A stretch of DNA of 64,000 nucleotides. Origin: Planctomycetota bacterium. GTDB lineage: Bacteria; Planctomycetota; UBA1135; UBA2386. Location: positions 5,376,001 to 5,440,000 of the forward strand of contig OZ245006.1 of assembly GCA_965223545.1 (NCBI GenBank). The letters are read 5' to 3'. Shown in pieces: positions 19,149-27,660 of the stretch (positions within the stretch are counted from its first letter, which is position 1; each line of letters starts with the position of its first letter). Under the pieces are notes generated by a model. The model did no database searches. It was not told the origin of the DNA and saw only the letters and a program-made list of their open reading frames with translations. The translations under genes and the position numbers were made by a program.

Positions 19149-20393
19149 CTACCGCCGGGTCGCGGCCCGCGACAGAGCTAGTGGCGGCCCTCCGCGGTCT
19201 CGCCACGCGCGCCACACGCTGAGCGCCCACAGCAGCACGGTGCCCGCGGTGACGAGGTAGAGGCTCTGCTGCAGCTCTTTGAGGTCGCGGCCGAGGACGT
19301 CTCCGCCGAGCAATAGCACGAGCGCGTAGCCACCGAGCACCCACAGCAGCCCCGGCCGGCCGTTTACGCCAGCGCAGAGCAAGGCGAAGAACGCGGGGAT
19401 CAGCGCGACGTGGTGGGCCTTCCACGAGATCGGCGACAGCAGCAGCGACAGCGCGCAGGTCGCCGCCGTCAGCCAGACCGCGTGGCGCGGCTTGCGCAGG
19501 GCGACCGACGCGGTGGCGACCAGGACTGCCGCGGCTAGTGCGCGCGCGACCCAGCTCACGACCTCGGCTGGCAGGCCGAGCCCCGGAACGAAGCCGGGCA
19601 CGAGCGCTGCGTGCGCGGCGGGCACGGTCCCGAGATAGCGCGCGACTGCGCAGCGCAGGCACTGGTTCATCCACGAGAACGCCGGAAACCCGTGCTCGGG
19701 CGCGGCGAAGACGTCGGTGGTCGCGGCGTAGGCCAGCGTGCCGGCCAGCCAGCGCTGCAGCGGCGCCGTGCTGCCGAGCAGCGCGGTCGCCAGCGCGGTC
19801 AGCGCCACCGCGCAGCCGAGCGCGCCGGCGGCGGCGCGCCGGTGGCCGAGCAACCACAACAGGGGGACGAAGAGCAGGCCCGTGGGTTTGGTCGCCAGCG
19901 ACAGCCCCAGTGCCGCCGCGGCGCCGGCGCTGCGGCCCTGATCGGCCCAGCGCAGCGCGGTCAGCCAGAGGGCCAAGTTGACGAGGTTGCCGCCGCCGCC
20001 ATGGGTGTCGCGCAGCACGTAACGCGCGCTCAGCACGGCCGTGCCCAACAACAGCCAGTGGAGGCGCGGGCGCAGCGGTGGTGCCAGCCGTTCGAGGGCG
20101 TCGCGCGCCCACAGGCCGATGGCCCACAGCGCGAGCACCTGCAGCATGCCCCACGCGACCCGCGCGCCCCGCTCGGGCAGCAGGGAGAACGGCGCGGTCA
20201 GCAGGCCGAAACCGGGCGGGTAGACCGGGTGCAGCGGTTTGGCTTCCAGATAGGGGGCGTAGAGCTCCTCGCCGTGCAGCACGCGCTGGCCGAACTCGAG
20301 GTGATCGGTGATGACCCCCCGGTCACGGATTCCGGTGCGCGCGACCAGTGCCACGGCCAGCGCGAGCCACAGCCAGAGCCAGGCGCGCCGCAT
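19149..20393 (-). CDS. Glycosyltransferase family 87 (DUF2029) membrane protein
   Basis: VYPP, N.N, LATKP, NQ and SPISW.HH motifs; multiple TM helices. Confidence 0.75.
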   Translation of the reverse strand: MRRAWLWLWLALAVALVARTGIRDRGVITDHLEFGQRVLHGEELYAPYLEAKPLHPVYPPGFGLLTAPFSLLPERGARVAWGMLQVLALWAIGLWARDALERLAPPLRPRLHWLLLGTAVLSARYVLRDTHGGGGNLVNLALWLTALRWADQGRSAGAAAALGLSLATKPTGLLFVPLLWLLGHRRAAAGALGCAVALTALATALLGSTAPLQRWLAGTLAYAATTDVFAAPEHGFPAFSWMNQCLRCAVARYLGTVPAAHAALVPGFVPGLGLPAEVVSWVARALAAAVLVATASVALRKPRHAVWLTAATCALSLLLSPISWKAHHVALIPAFFALLCAGVNGRPGLLWVLGGYALVLLLGGDVLGRDLKELQQSLYLVTAGTVLLWALSVWRAWRDRGGPPLALSRAATRR

Positions 20394-20401
20394 GCGCCCG
20401 G

Positions 20402-20614
20402 CTACTCGTCGAACAGCTCGCGGTAGGCCGGTCGGGATTCGGCCGCGCTGCTGGGCTCCAAGCGGTAGGTCGTCGGGCCGCGCTTGGCGAGCTCGTGTCC
20501 GTCGGCGCCCTCACCGAAATCGATCACCAGCTCCTCCGGCACCTCGCCGTGGGGAGACAACAAGATGCAGGGCTGGTCCACACCCTCCAGGCGAACGACC
20601 CGGGCTCGAAGCAT
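20402..20614 (-). CDS. Small acidic hypothetical protein (70 aa)
   Basis: Fills the gap upstream of GT87; CACAAT box 6 nt before ATG; protein-like composition. Confidence 0.5.
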   Translation of the reverse strand: MLRARVVRLEGVDQPCILLSPHGEVPEELVIDFGEGADGHELAKRGPTTYRLEPSSAAESRPAYRELFDE

Positions 20615-20725
20615 GACCCCATTGTGCCCGGAGGGCGGGCAATCTTCGAGTGGGGAGCTCGGTCGGTCGGCGGCGGCCGACAAAGGGAGCTGGCGGTTGC
20701 TCCGGGTCCCGCGTAGAGAGCGGTG

Positions 20726-22255
20726 ATGAGATCGCGCCGCCCCCCGTTGCGTGTCGCTGCCGCCCTGGTCGGTTGTCTGTCTTTCGGCGCCGGTCTCGGC
20801 GCGCAGGCCGGGGCCGCCCGGCCCGCGGAACCCGTCGAGAAGCCGGCGGGTTCGGGCCAGTGGAGCCAGTTCCGCGGCCCCGGTGGGCAGGGGGTCGCGG
20901 TCGGCGACCGGCGGCCGCCGGTCGAGTTCGGTCGGGACCGCGGCATGCGCTTTCGCGTCGAGGTCAGCCCTGGCAACTCCTCACCGTGTGTGTGGGGCGA
21001 TCGGGTGTTCCTCACCGGCGCCCGCGACCGGCAGCTGGAGACGGTGTGCTTGGACGCCGCCACCGGCGCCGAGCGCTGGCGGCGCAGTGTCGAGGTCGAG
21101 GTGCTCGAGAAGGGCCACCGCATCAACAGCGCGGCGTCACCGACGCCGGCTGCCGACGGCGCGCGCGTCGTCGTCTACTTCGGTTCGTTCGGCCTGCTGT
21201 GCTACGACCACGATGGCGAGGAGGTCTGGCGCCGGCCGCTCCCGGCGGCGGCCAACACGTTCGGCACGGCGGCATCGCCGGTGATCGACGGCGAGCACGT
21301 GATCTTGGTCCGCGACACCAACGAGGCCTCGTGGGTCGAGGTGATGCGCGCGACCGACGGCGAGACCTTGTGGCGGGTCGACCGCAGTGGGTTCCCGTCG
21401 GCATGGTCGACGCCGGTGGTGTGGCGCCGCGGTGATGCTGTCGAGCTGTTGGTCTACGGAGCGTTTCGGCTGACTGCTTACGACTTGGCGACCGGCGACG
21501 AGCGCTGGTCGGTGCCCGGTCTGGCCGACGAGCCGTGCATCACGCCGGCGCTGGGCGAAGAACTGGTGTACGTCACGTCGTACAACATGCGCACCAACCC
21601 GGAAGTCGTCGGGTTGCCATCCTTCGAGACCCTGCTCGCCGAGTACGACGACGACGGCAATGGCACGCTGAGCCGCCGCGAGGTCGGACCCAACCGCAGC
21701 ATCCTGTCGCGCATGGACGCCGATGGTGAGGGCGATCACCCCTTGCGCGGCTTCTTCCGCTTCTTGGATCGCGATGCAGACGGCCAGCTGTCCGCGGCCG
21801 AGTGGCAGCGCATGTTCGATTGGCTCTCGACCTTCGAGCACCGCAACGCCGTGGTCGCGATCCGGCCGCCCGACGCCGCCGGTGGGGAGGTCGCGATCGC
21901 GTGGCAGTTCGGGCGCGGAATCCCCGAGTGCCCCTCGCCGCTCGTGCACGAGGGCAAGGTCTACCTGGTCAAGAACGGCGGCATGGTCAGCTGCCTCGAC
22001 GCGGCGACCGGCGCTCTGCACTACCAGGGCCGGCTCGGCGCAGGCGGACCGCGTTACTCCTCCCCGGTGGTCGGCGGCGGCCGCATCTACGCCGCCTCCG
22101 CGCGCGGCGTGATCACGGTGTTTGCCGCGGGCGACACCCTCGACGTCCTGGCACACAACGACCTCGGCGAGCGCATCATGGCCACCCCCGCCCTCGTCGA
22201 CGGCGTGATCTACGTACGCACCGAAGCCGCCCTCTACGCCTTCGCCGAGCCCTAG
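20726..22255 (+). CDS. PQQ-binding-like beta-propeller protein with EF-hand insertion
   Basis: Signal peptide; WSQFRGP, SSP, TP.ADG, STPVV, ATPA repeats; DDDGNGTLSRRE and DRDADGQLSAAE EF-hand loops. Confidence 0.85.
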   Translation: MRSRRPPLRVAAALVGCLSFGAGLGAQAGAARPAEPVEKPAGSGQWSQFRGPGGQGVAVGDRRPPVEFGRDRGMRFRVEVSPGNSSPCVWGDRVFLTGARDRQLETVCLDAATGAERWRRSVEVEVLEKGHRINSAASPTPAADGARVVVYFGSFGLLCYDHDGEEVWRRPLPAAANTFGTAASPVIDGEHVILVRDTNEASWVEVMRATDGETLWRVDRSGFPSAWSTPVVWRRGDAVELLVYGAFRLTAYDLATGDERWSVPGLADEPCITPALGEELVYVTSYNMRTNPEVVGLPSFETLLAEYDDDGNGTLSRREVGPNRSILSRMDADGEGDHPLRGFFRFLDRDADGQLSAAEWQRMFDWLSTFEHRNAVVAIRPPDAAGGEVAIAWQFGRGIPECPSPLVHEGKVYLVKNGGMVSCLDAATGALHYQGRLGAGGPRYSSPVVGGGRIYAASARGVITVFAAGDTLDVLAHNDLGERIMATPALVDGVIYVRTEAALYAFAEP

Positions 22256-22286
22256 CGAGAGTACGGAGTCCGGCTCGATTTTCTCG
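22252..22286 (+). repeat. Single copy of dispersed REP-like element
   Basis: CTAGCGAGAGTACGGAGTCCGGCTCGATTTTCTCG, near-identical to the arm at 17964-17998. Confidence 0.85.
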
Positions 22287-22301
22287 GTAGGTCCCGCGCC
22301 C

Positions 22302-24077
22302 CTACGGCGCGCTCACCGCCACCGGTCCGGCGACCCACGGCGCGGCACCGCTCTGGAAAGCGCCCAGGTCGACGACCGGTCCGGGCAAGATCCCGGCGAT
22401 CGGCAGGCCGGCACCCAGCGCGGGGCTGCCGACCAACGGCATGAAGTCGCCGGATGCGCCTGGCATTGCCGGTGGGTCGGCCAGCATCGGGTCGGCGAGG
22501 ATCGCGTTGGCGCCGATCTCGCCGCCCGGGTCGGTGGCCCAGAACAGGTTGTTGTCGACCGAGTTGGAGGCGTAGTAGTTGCCCTGCAGCGCATCCCAGA
22601 TCTCCAACCCCATCTCGGGGGTGTCGAGCACGATGTTGTTGCTGCAAGAGCTGTTGGTCATCGCCACGTCGAGCTGCATGGCCGCCGAAGCGCGGCGCGG
22701 CGCGTGGCATGCCTTGTAGACCACGTTGTTGAAGATGTGGATGTCATCGAGCTCATAGCCGGACAGACCCTCGACGCGCCATTCGTTCCACACCGCGATG
22801 CCCCGCTTGCGGGTCCAGCTGACGACGTTCTCGAATACGCGAATGCCGCTGCTGCGCCCCGATTCGAAGCGCGGTCCACCGAGGTCGCCGTTGGCGACGC
22901 GAATCCCGGTCGCGCCCTTGGCGTGCGCCGGGAATCCTCGCGGCATCGTGTTCTCCAGGTAGACCGCGGCGAGCTGGAGTCCGCCGCCATCTTGCGGGTC
23001 GTACCAGCCGATGTGCCGCACCAGATTGCGGAAGATGTCGGTGTCGTCGCCTTCGTTGCAGTAGATGCCCACGTGGCGGATGTTCTCCACCAAGTTGTGG
23101 TGGATGACGCCGTTGCGCGAACCGAACTTGAAGTCGATCCCCTGCATCATCGAGTTGGATACGTGGTTGCGAGCGATCTCGAAGCCGTCGACGCGCACCA
23201 GCGTGACGGTCTCGGTCGTGTTGCTGAAGCCTTGGTTGTTGGCGCGATCGACGTAGGCACCCAGGTTGGATTGGTTGATGCGCGAGTCGACCAACGAGAG
23301 GTTCTGGATGAACGGGTCGTTCGCGTCACCGTTGGCGAACATCACCGCCGAGTTGCTCACCCATTCGACGAGCATGTGTTCGAAGCTGACGTGTGATGAG
23401 CGCCACGCCAGAACGCCGACACCCGCGATGCCGGACACTTCGATGCCGGACACGGTGACGTAGTTGGAGTTGCTGACCGTGATGCCCCGCGTCAGGTAGT
23501 TGCCGCTGCCGGGCCCGAATCCCGGCGGTAGGTTGGCCTTGTCGAACGGGAAGCTGGCCGCGCCCGCGATGCCACCGTCGATCCGCGCCGGCAGAGGATT
23601 GCCGTTCGCATCGAAGTCGCATTGGATGACCGTCGGCATGTTGGGATCAGGGCTGCCGCCGACTGGATTGTTGATGTAGTTGAGCGACAGGGTCTCGTTG
23701 AAGACGCCGCGCAAGATCAGCTTGTCGCCCCCGCTGCGCGACAGCCGGGTGACCGCTTGCGCCAGGGTGCGCATCGGCGAAGTCGGCGAGGTTCCGTGGT
23801 TGCTGTCGTCGCCGTTCTGCGAGTCGACGTAGAACACGCGGCCGGGGGCGATGCGGGCGGTGAGGCCGGCAGTCGGACTGGTGCTCGGGGCGGTGGTGCT
23901 GCCGCTGCCGCTGGTCGGCGGAGGAGGAGCAGGAGCAGGGGCTTCGCGCGTGCGCGACGGGGTCGGGGCGGGCCCGTCCTGGGCTTGCACGTCGCTCCAC
24001 AAGAACGTGGAGGCAAGAGCGAGGCTGCTGAAGCGCGTCGCCAGGCTCGCGGCCCGGCGCAGTCGTCGATGAAGCAT
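22302..24077 (-). CDS. Secreted right-handed parallel beta-helix (pectin-lyase-like) protein, paralog A
   Basis: Signal peptide, Pro/Ser/Thr linker, FYVD…GDDSN.G…P..TL start motif, Asn-ladder repeats (NNVVY, NNIV, DNNL), VDLGAF terminus. Confidence 0.8.
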   Translation of the reverse strand: MLHRRLRRAASLATRFSSLALASTFLWSDVQAQDGPAPTPSRTREAPAPAPPPPTSGSGSTTAPSTSPTAGLTARIAPGRVFYVDSQNGDDSNHGTSPTSPMRTLAQAVTRLSRSGGDKLILRGVFNETLSLNYINNPVGGSPDPNMPTVIQCDFDANGNPLPARIDGGIAGAASFPFDKANLPPGFGPGSGNYLTRGITVSNSNYVTVSGIEVSGIAGVGVLAWRSSHVSFEHMLVEWVSNSAVMFANGDANDPFIQNLSLVDSRINQSNLGAYVDRANNQGFSNTTETVTLVRVDGFEIARNHVSNSMMQGIDFKFGSRNGVIHHNLVENIRHVGIYCNEGDDTDIFRNLVRHIGWYDPQDGGGLQLAAVYLENTMPRGFPAHAKGATGIRVANGDLGGPRFESGRSSGIRVFENVVSWTRKRGIAVWNEWRVEGLSGYELDDIHIFNNVVYKACHAPRRASAAMQLDVAMTNSSCSNNIVLDTPEMGLEIWDALQGNYYASNSVDNNLFWATDPGGEIGANAILADPMLADPPAMPGASGDFMPLVGSPALGAGLPIAGILPGPVVDLGAFQSGAAPWVAGPVAVSAP

Positions 24078-24388
24078 GCGCGGTCTCCGGTGTTGTGCAC
24101 CCCGCGGCCGCGCACGCCGCGCCCGGCACCGCGCCGGCGTCGTGCATGAGACGGACTCGAAGGGGCTGCTGCGTTTCTCGACAGCGAGATCGGACGCGGC
24201 TGTCGGATTCCGAAGCAGTGGCGTGCGCGTTCGTGTCAAAACGGGACTCGCGGCGCCGTGACCAGCGGCGCAGAGTGCTCCAAATCGAGACGAGGCCGGC
24301 ATGGCGTGCTGCGTACGGAGACGATCGGAGTCGAAAGAGGGAGCGGCGGTGGGGTTCGCGGGGCACCTCTTGCCGCCGGGAGAAGTGG

Positions 24389-26227
24389 ATGAAAGGGCTC
24401 ATGGGCAAGCGCGGATTGCTGGTCTCCGCCTCCGCTCTGCTGACGTTGCTGGCATCGTGCGCCGCGGGCGGGGTCGAGAGCGAAGAGGGGGCCGGCGGCT
24501 CGGGCGGCACGACCTCCGGCGGCGGTGGCTCGACCGGCACCACGGGCGGCGGTGGTTCTACCGGCGGCTCGGGCGGTAGCGGCTCGGGCGGTAGCGGCTC
24601 CACCGGTGGAGGTTCTACGGGCGGCGGTTCTACCGGCGGCGGGGCGCCGCCGGCGCCCGTCGTGCAACAGCCTCAGCCGATCCCGGTGCCCGGCCGCACC
24701 TTCTACGTCGACGCGGCCACTGGCGACGACGCCGCCGAGGGGCTGACGCGGGCCTCGGCGCTGGCGACGCTGGCCGAGGCCGTGCGGCGCATGTCCAACG
24801 CGGGCGGCGACAAGATGGTGCTGATCGGCTCCTTTGCCGAGCCGCTGCAGATCAACGGCTTCAACAACGCGCCCGGCGGTGCCAATCCGGCGCTGCCGAC
24901 CGTGGTTCAGTGTGACTTCGACGTGGACGGCAACCCGCTGCCGGCCGTGATCGACGGTGGGATCGCCGGTGCCGCGAGCTTTCCGTTCGACCAGCAGGGG
25001 TTGCCGCCGGGGTTCGGCACCGGGCAGGGCGGCTACCTGGACCGCGGCGTGCGCATCTCCAGCTCCAACTATCTCACGATCTCCGGCATCAGCGTGCGCG
25101 GCATCGTCGGCGAGGGCGTCTTCACCTGGAAGACGTCGCACGTGCGCGTCGAGTTCGTCGACGTCGAGTGGTGCTCGAACAGCGGCATCAAGATCAGCAA
25201 CGGTGATCCGACCGGCACCCACGCGCAGGATGCGACGGTGGCGTACTGTCGAGTCAACCAGTGCAATCTGGGGCGCTTTACCAACCGCGCCACCTTGGCG
25301 GGGTTCAACTCCGCGACCGAGACCGTGACGATCGAGCGCATCGATGGGTTCGAGGTGTTCGGCTGCGAGCTGACGAACTCTCTGATGCAGGGCATCGACT
25401 TCAAGTTCGGTGCGCGCAACGGCCTGATCCACCACAACCTGGTCGAGAACACGCGCGCGACCGGCATCTACTGCAACGAAGGCGACGACACCGACATCTA
25501 CCGCAACGTGGTGCGCCGCGTCGGTTGGTATGACCCGCAGGACGGCACCGGCCTGCAGCTCTCCGCGACATGGATGCAGCAGAACGTGCCGGGCTTCTAC
25601 GGCGCGCTGGAGGCCGGCGCGGTCGGCATCGCCATCCGCAATGGCGACCTCGGCGGTCCTGCGCAGGAGAGCGGCCGTTCTTCGGGGATCCGGGTGTTCG
25701 AGAACGAGGTCAGCTGGACGCGCAAGTCCGGGATCTCGGTCTACAACGAGTGGCGCGCCGAGGGGCTTCCCGGCTGGGAGCTCGACGACCTGCACATCTT
25801 CAACAACGTGGTCTATCGCGCCAACCACAAGCTCGGCGTGTCGGCCGCGGGTCTGGTGCTCGACGTCGGCATGACCAACAGCACGGTCTACAACAACATC
25901 GTCGCCGCCGCCGGTGAGCTCGGCATCGAGGTGTGGCAGGCGTCCACCGGCAGTTTCTTCGCCACCAACGAGATCGCGAACAACCTGCTGTGGAACAACA
26001 AACCCGGTGGGGTCATCGGCACCAACCCGGTGCAGGCGGATCCCCTGTTCGTGGTGGTACCGGGTGCGCCGGGGGATCCCGCGGACTTCCAGGTCGATGC
26101 GGCGAGTCCGGCCCGCGGCGCGGGAATCGGCGTTGCGCCGATCGCCGGCGGCATTGCCACGCCCGACATCGGTGCGTACCAGTACGGTGTCTCGCGCTGG
26201 CTGGTGGGCAGCGTCTACAGCCCCTGA
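24389..26227 (+). CDS. Lipoprotein right-handed parallel beta-helix protein, paralog B
   Basis: Lipobox LASC, long Gly/Ser/Thr linker, FYVD…GDD, beta-helix repeats, PDIGAY; start may be 24401. Confidence 0.8.
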   Translation: MKGLMGKRGLLVSASALLTLLASCAAGGVESEEGAGGSGGTTSGGGGSTGTTGGGGSTGGSGGSGSGGSGSTGGGSTGGGSTGGGAPPAPVVQQPQPIPVPGRTFYVDAATGDDAAEGLTRASALATLAEAVRRMSNAGGDKMVLIGSFAEPLQINGFNNAPGGANPALPTVVQCDFDVDGNPLPAVIDGGIAGAASFPFDQQGLPPGFGTGQGGYLDRGVRISSSNYLTISGISVRGIVGEGVFTWKTSHVRVEFVDVEWCSNSGIKISNGDPTGTHAQDATVAYCRVNQCNLGRFTNRATLAGFNSATETVTIERIDGFEVFGCELTNSLMQGIDFKFGARNGLIHHNLVENTRATGIYCNEGDDTDIYRNVVRRVGWYDPQDGTGLQLSATWMQQNVPGFYGALEAGAVGIAIRNGDLGGPAQESGRSSGIRVFENEVSWTRKSGISVYNEWRAEGLPGWELDDLHIFNNVVYRANHKLGVSAAGLVLDVGMTNSTVYNNIVAAAGELGIEVWQASTGSFFATNEIANNLLWNNKPGGVIGTNPVQADPLFVVVPGAPGDPADFQVDAASPARGAGIGVAPIAGGIATPDIGAYQYGVSRWLVGSVYSP

Positions 26228-26235
26228 TGCACTGA

Positions 26236-27576
26236 CTAGCCAGGCCGGCCGTCGCCGAGCGCGGCGAGCATCGCGTCCGTCGCCTCGGCGCTGGCCAGGG
26301 CTCCTTCCATCCAGCCCGGGTACTCCGACAGATCCGCGCCCGCAATGACGACGCGACCCTGCCGCAGCGGCTGCGTCGGCCGCCGCGCGCCGGGAGTGGC
26401 GGCGACGTACGCGGCGCCGCAGCGCGCATCATTGCCGAAGTCGTGGCCGAAGACGTCGGCCGCGCCGGCAAACGGCCGGGCGTCGCGCAGCGCGCCGGCG
26501 TCCACGCCGAAGCCCATCGCCGAGCGCACGCGCCGGCCATCGACGGTCTGGGGCATCGCCCAGGTGGCGTGATGTGGCGGGCCGGATCGATAGACCGTGG
26601 CATCGTCGCTCGCCGAGGTTTCGCAGTGCAGCTTGACCTCCTGCACGTCTGTCAGGCCGCTCAGCACCGCGGTCACCCGCGCTCGGTCGGTCGGCGCCCA
26701 GGTCAGACGCCGCAGGACCGGCACCGGTAGGCACAGCGCGCAGAGCCGCGCGTGGACGGCGGGGGCTCCCTGGATCTCGAGCTCGACCTGGTCGGGGGTC
26801 TGCCGGACAGCGTGCACGGTGGCGCCGAAGACCGGTGGAGTCCGCAGGCGGTCGGCGAGTCCCGCGCTGAGGCGATCACAGCCGCCCTCGACCCACTCGG
26901 CGTCGGCGGTTTCTCGCTCTCGTCGCACTGCTTCGTGCAGTGCTACGGCACTCATCTGCTCGACCGGGTGGTAGCAGAACGCGCGCAGCAGGCGCGCGCC
27001 GCGGTTCGACAAGCCGTGGTTGCGCAGCCAGTCGAGCGCGGTGCGCGGATCATCCGCCGCCGGAGCCTCCACATCGCCGCCGAGAAAGAGGTGGTGCAGA
27101 TAGAACGGTGCTGCGCTGCGTTCGCGGTCGGTGAGGCCGGCCAGTAGAGGCTCCGGCACGGGTGCGCCGGCGCCGATGCGATGGGTGTCGCCCGCGAACT
27201 CGCAGAGCACGGTGGACGCCGGCGTGCCGAGGGTCGCGATGCGGTGTGCGTTGAGCAGGGCGCGCACGCGCCGGTGCGCGGTCGGTACGCGCTCGGCGCC
27301 GGCCTCGGCGTGTAGGCCGGGCGTCAAGCCGTCGCGCAGCGTCCACACGCGGCCACCGACGCGGCCGCTGGCCTCGAGGAGCACCGCGCGCACGCCGCGC
27401 TGCTGCAGTGCGTGCGCCAACGCCATACCGGTCAGACCCGCACCGACGACGGCCACGTCGATCGGTTGTGGCGCCGGGCTGCACCGGCTCCACAGCAGCG
27501 GCGCCACTGCCGACAGCAGCAGCTGCCGGCGATCGATCCGGCCCGGAGCCGGCGAACGGCGGGTTGCATCGCGCAT
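26236..27576 (-). CDS. Flavin monoamine oxidase family FAD-dependent oxidoreductase
   Basis: VVGAGLTG, LEAS.RVGGRV.T, EAGA, GG, AG…GWMEGAL.S; N-terminal DRRQLL possible Tat signal. Confidence 0.85.
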   Translation of the reverse strand: MRDATRRSPAPGRIDRRQLLLSAVAPLLWSRCSPAPQPIDVAVVGAGLTGMALAHALQQRGVRAVLLEASGRVGGRVWTLRDGLTPGLHAEAGAERVPTAHRRVRALLNAHRIATLGTPASTVLCEFAGDTHRIGAGAPVPEPLLAGLTDRERSAAPFYLHHLFLGGDVEAPAADDPRTALDWLRNHGLSNRGARLLRAFCYHPVEQMSAVALHEAVRRERETADAEWVEGGCDRLSAGLADRLRTPPVFGATVHAVRQTPDQVELEIQGAPAVHARLCALCLPVPVLRRLTWAPTDRARVTAVLSGLTDVQEVKLHCETSASDDATVYRSGPPHHATWAMPQTVDGRRVRSAMGFGVDAGALRDARPFAGAADVFGHDFGNDARCGAAYVAATPGARRPTQPLRQGRVVIAGADLSEYPGWMEGALASAEATDAMLAALGDGRPG

Positions 27577-27660
27577 CTTGGCGGTCGGGTCCCGACGAGC
27601 ATAGAGCTCGGCCGCGCGAGAGTAACGCCGGGGGCTGCCGCCGGCGCGGTGCGCGGCCGC

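Noticed and set aside
24296..24312. Sigma-54-like CGGCAT…TGC upstream of beta-helix paralog B
   Set aside because: GG-to-GC spacing is one base off the strict -24/-12 spacing.
24490..24645. Tandem GGC-rich repeats (e.g. GGCTCGGGCGGTAGC x2)
   Set aside because: They encode the Gly/Ser/Thr linker of the lipoprotein and are not an independent DNA element.
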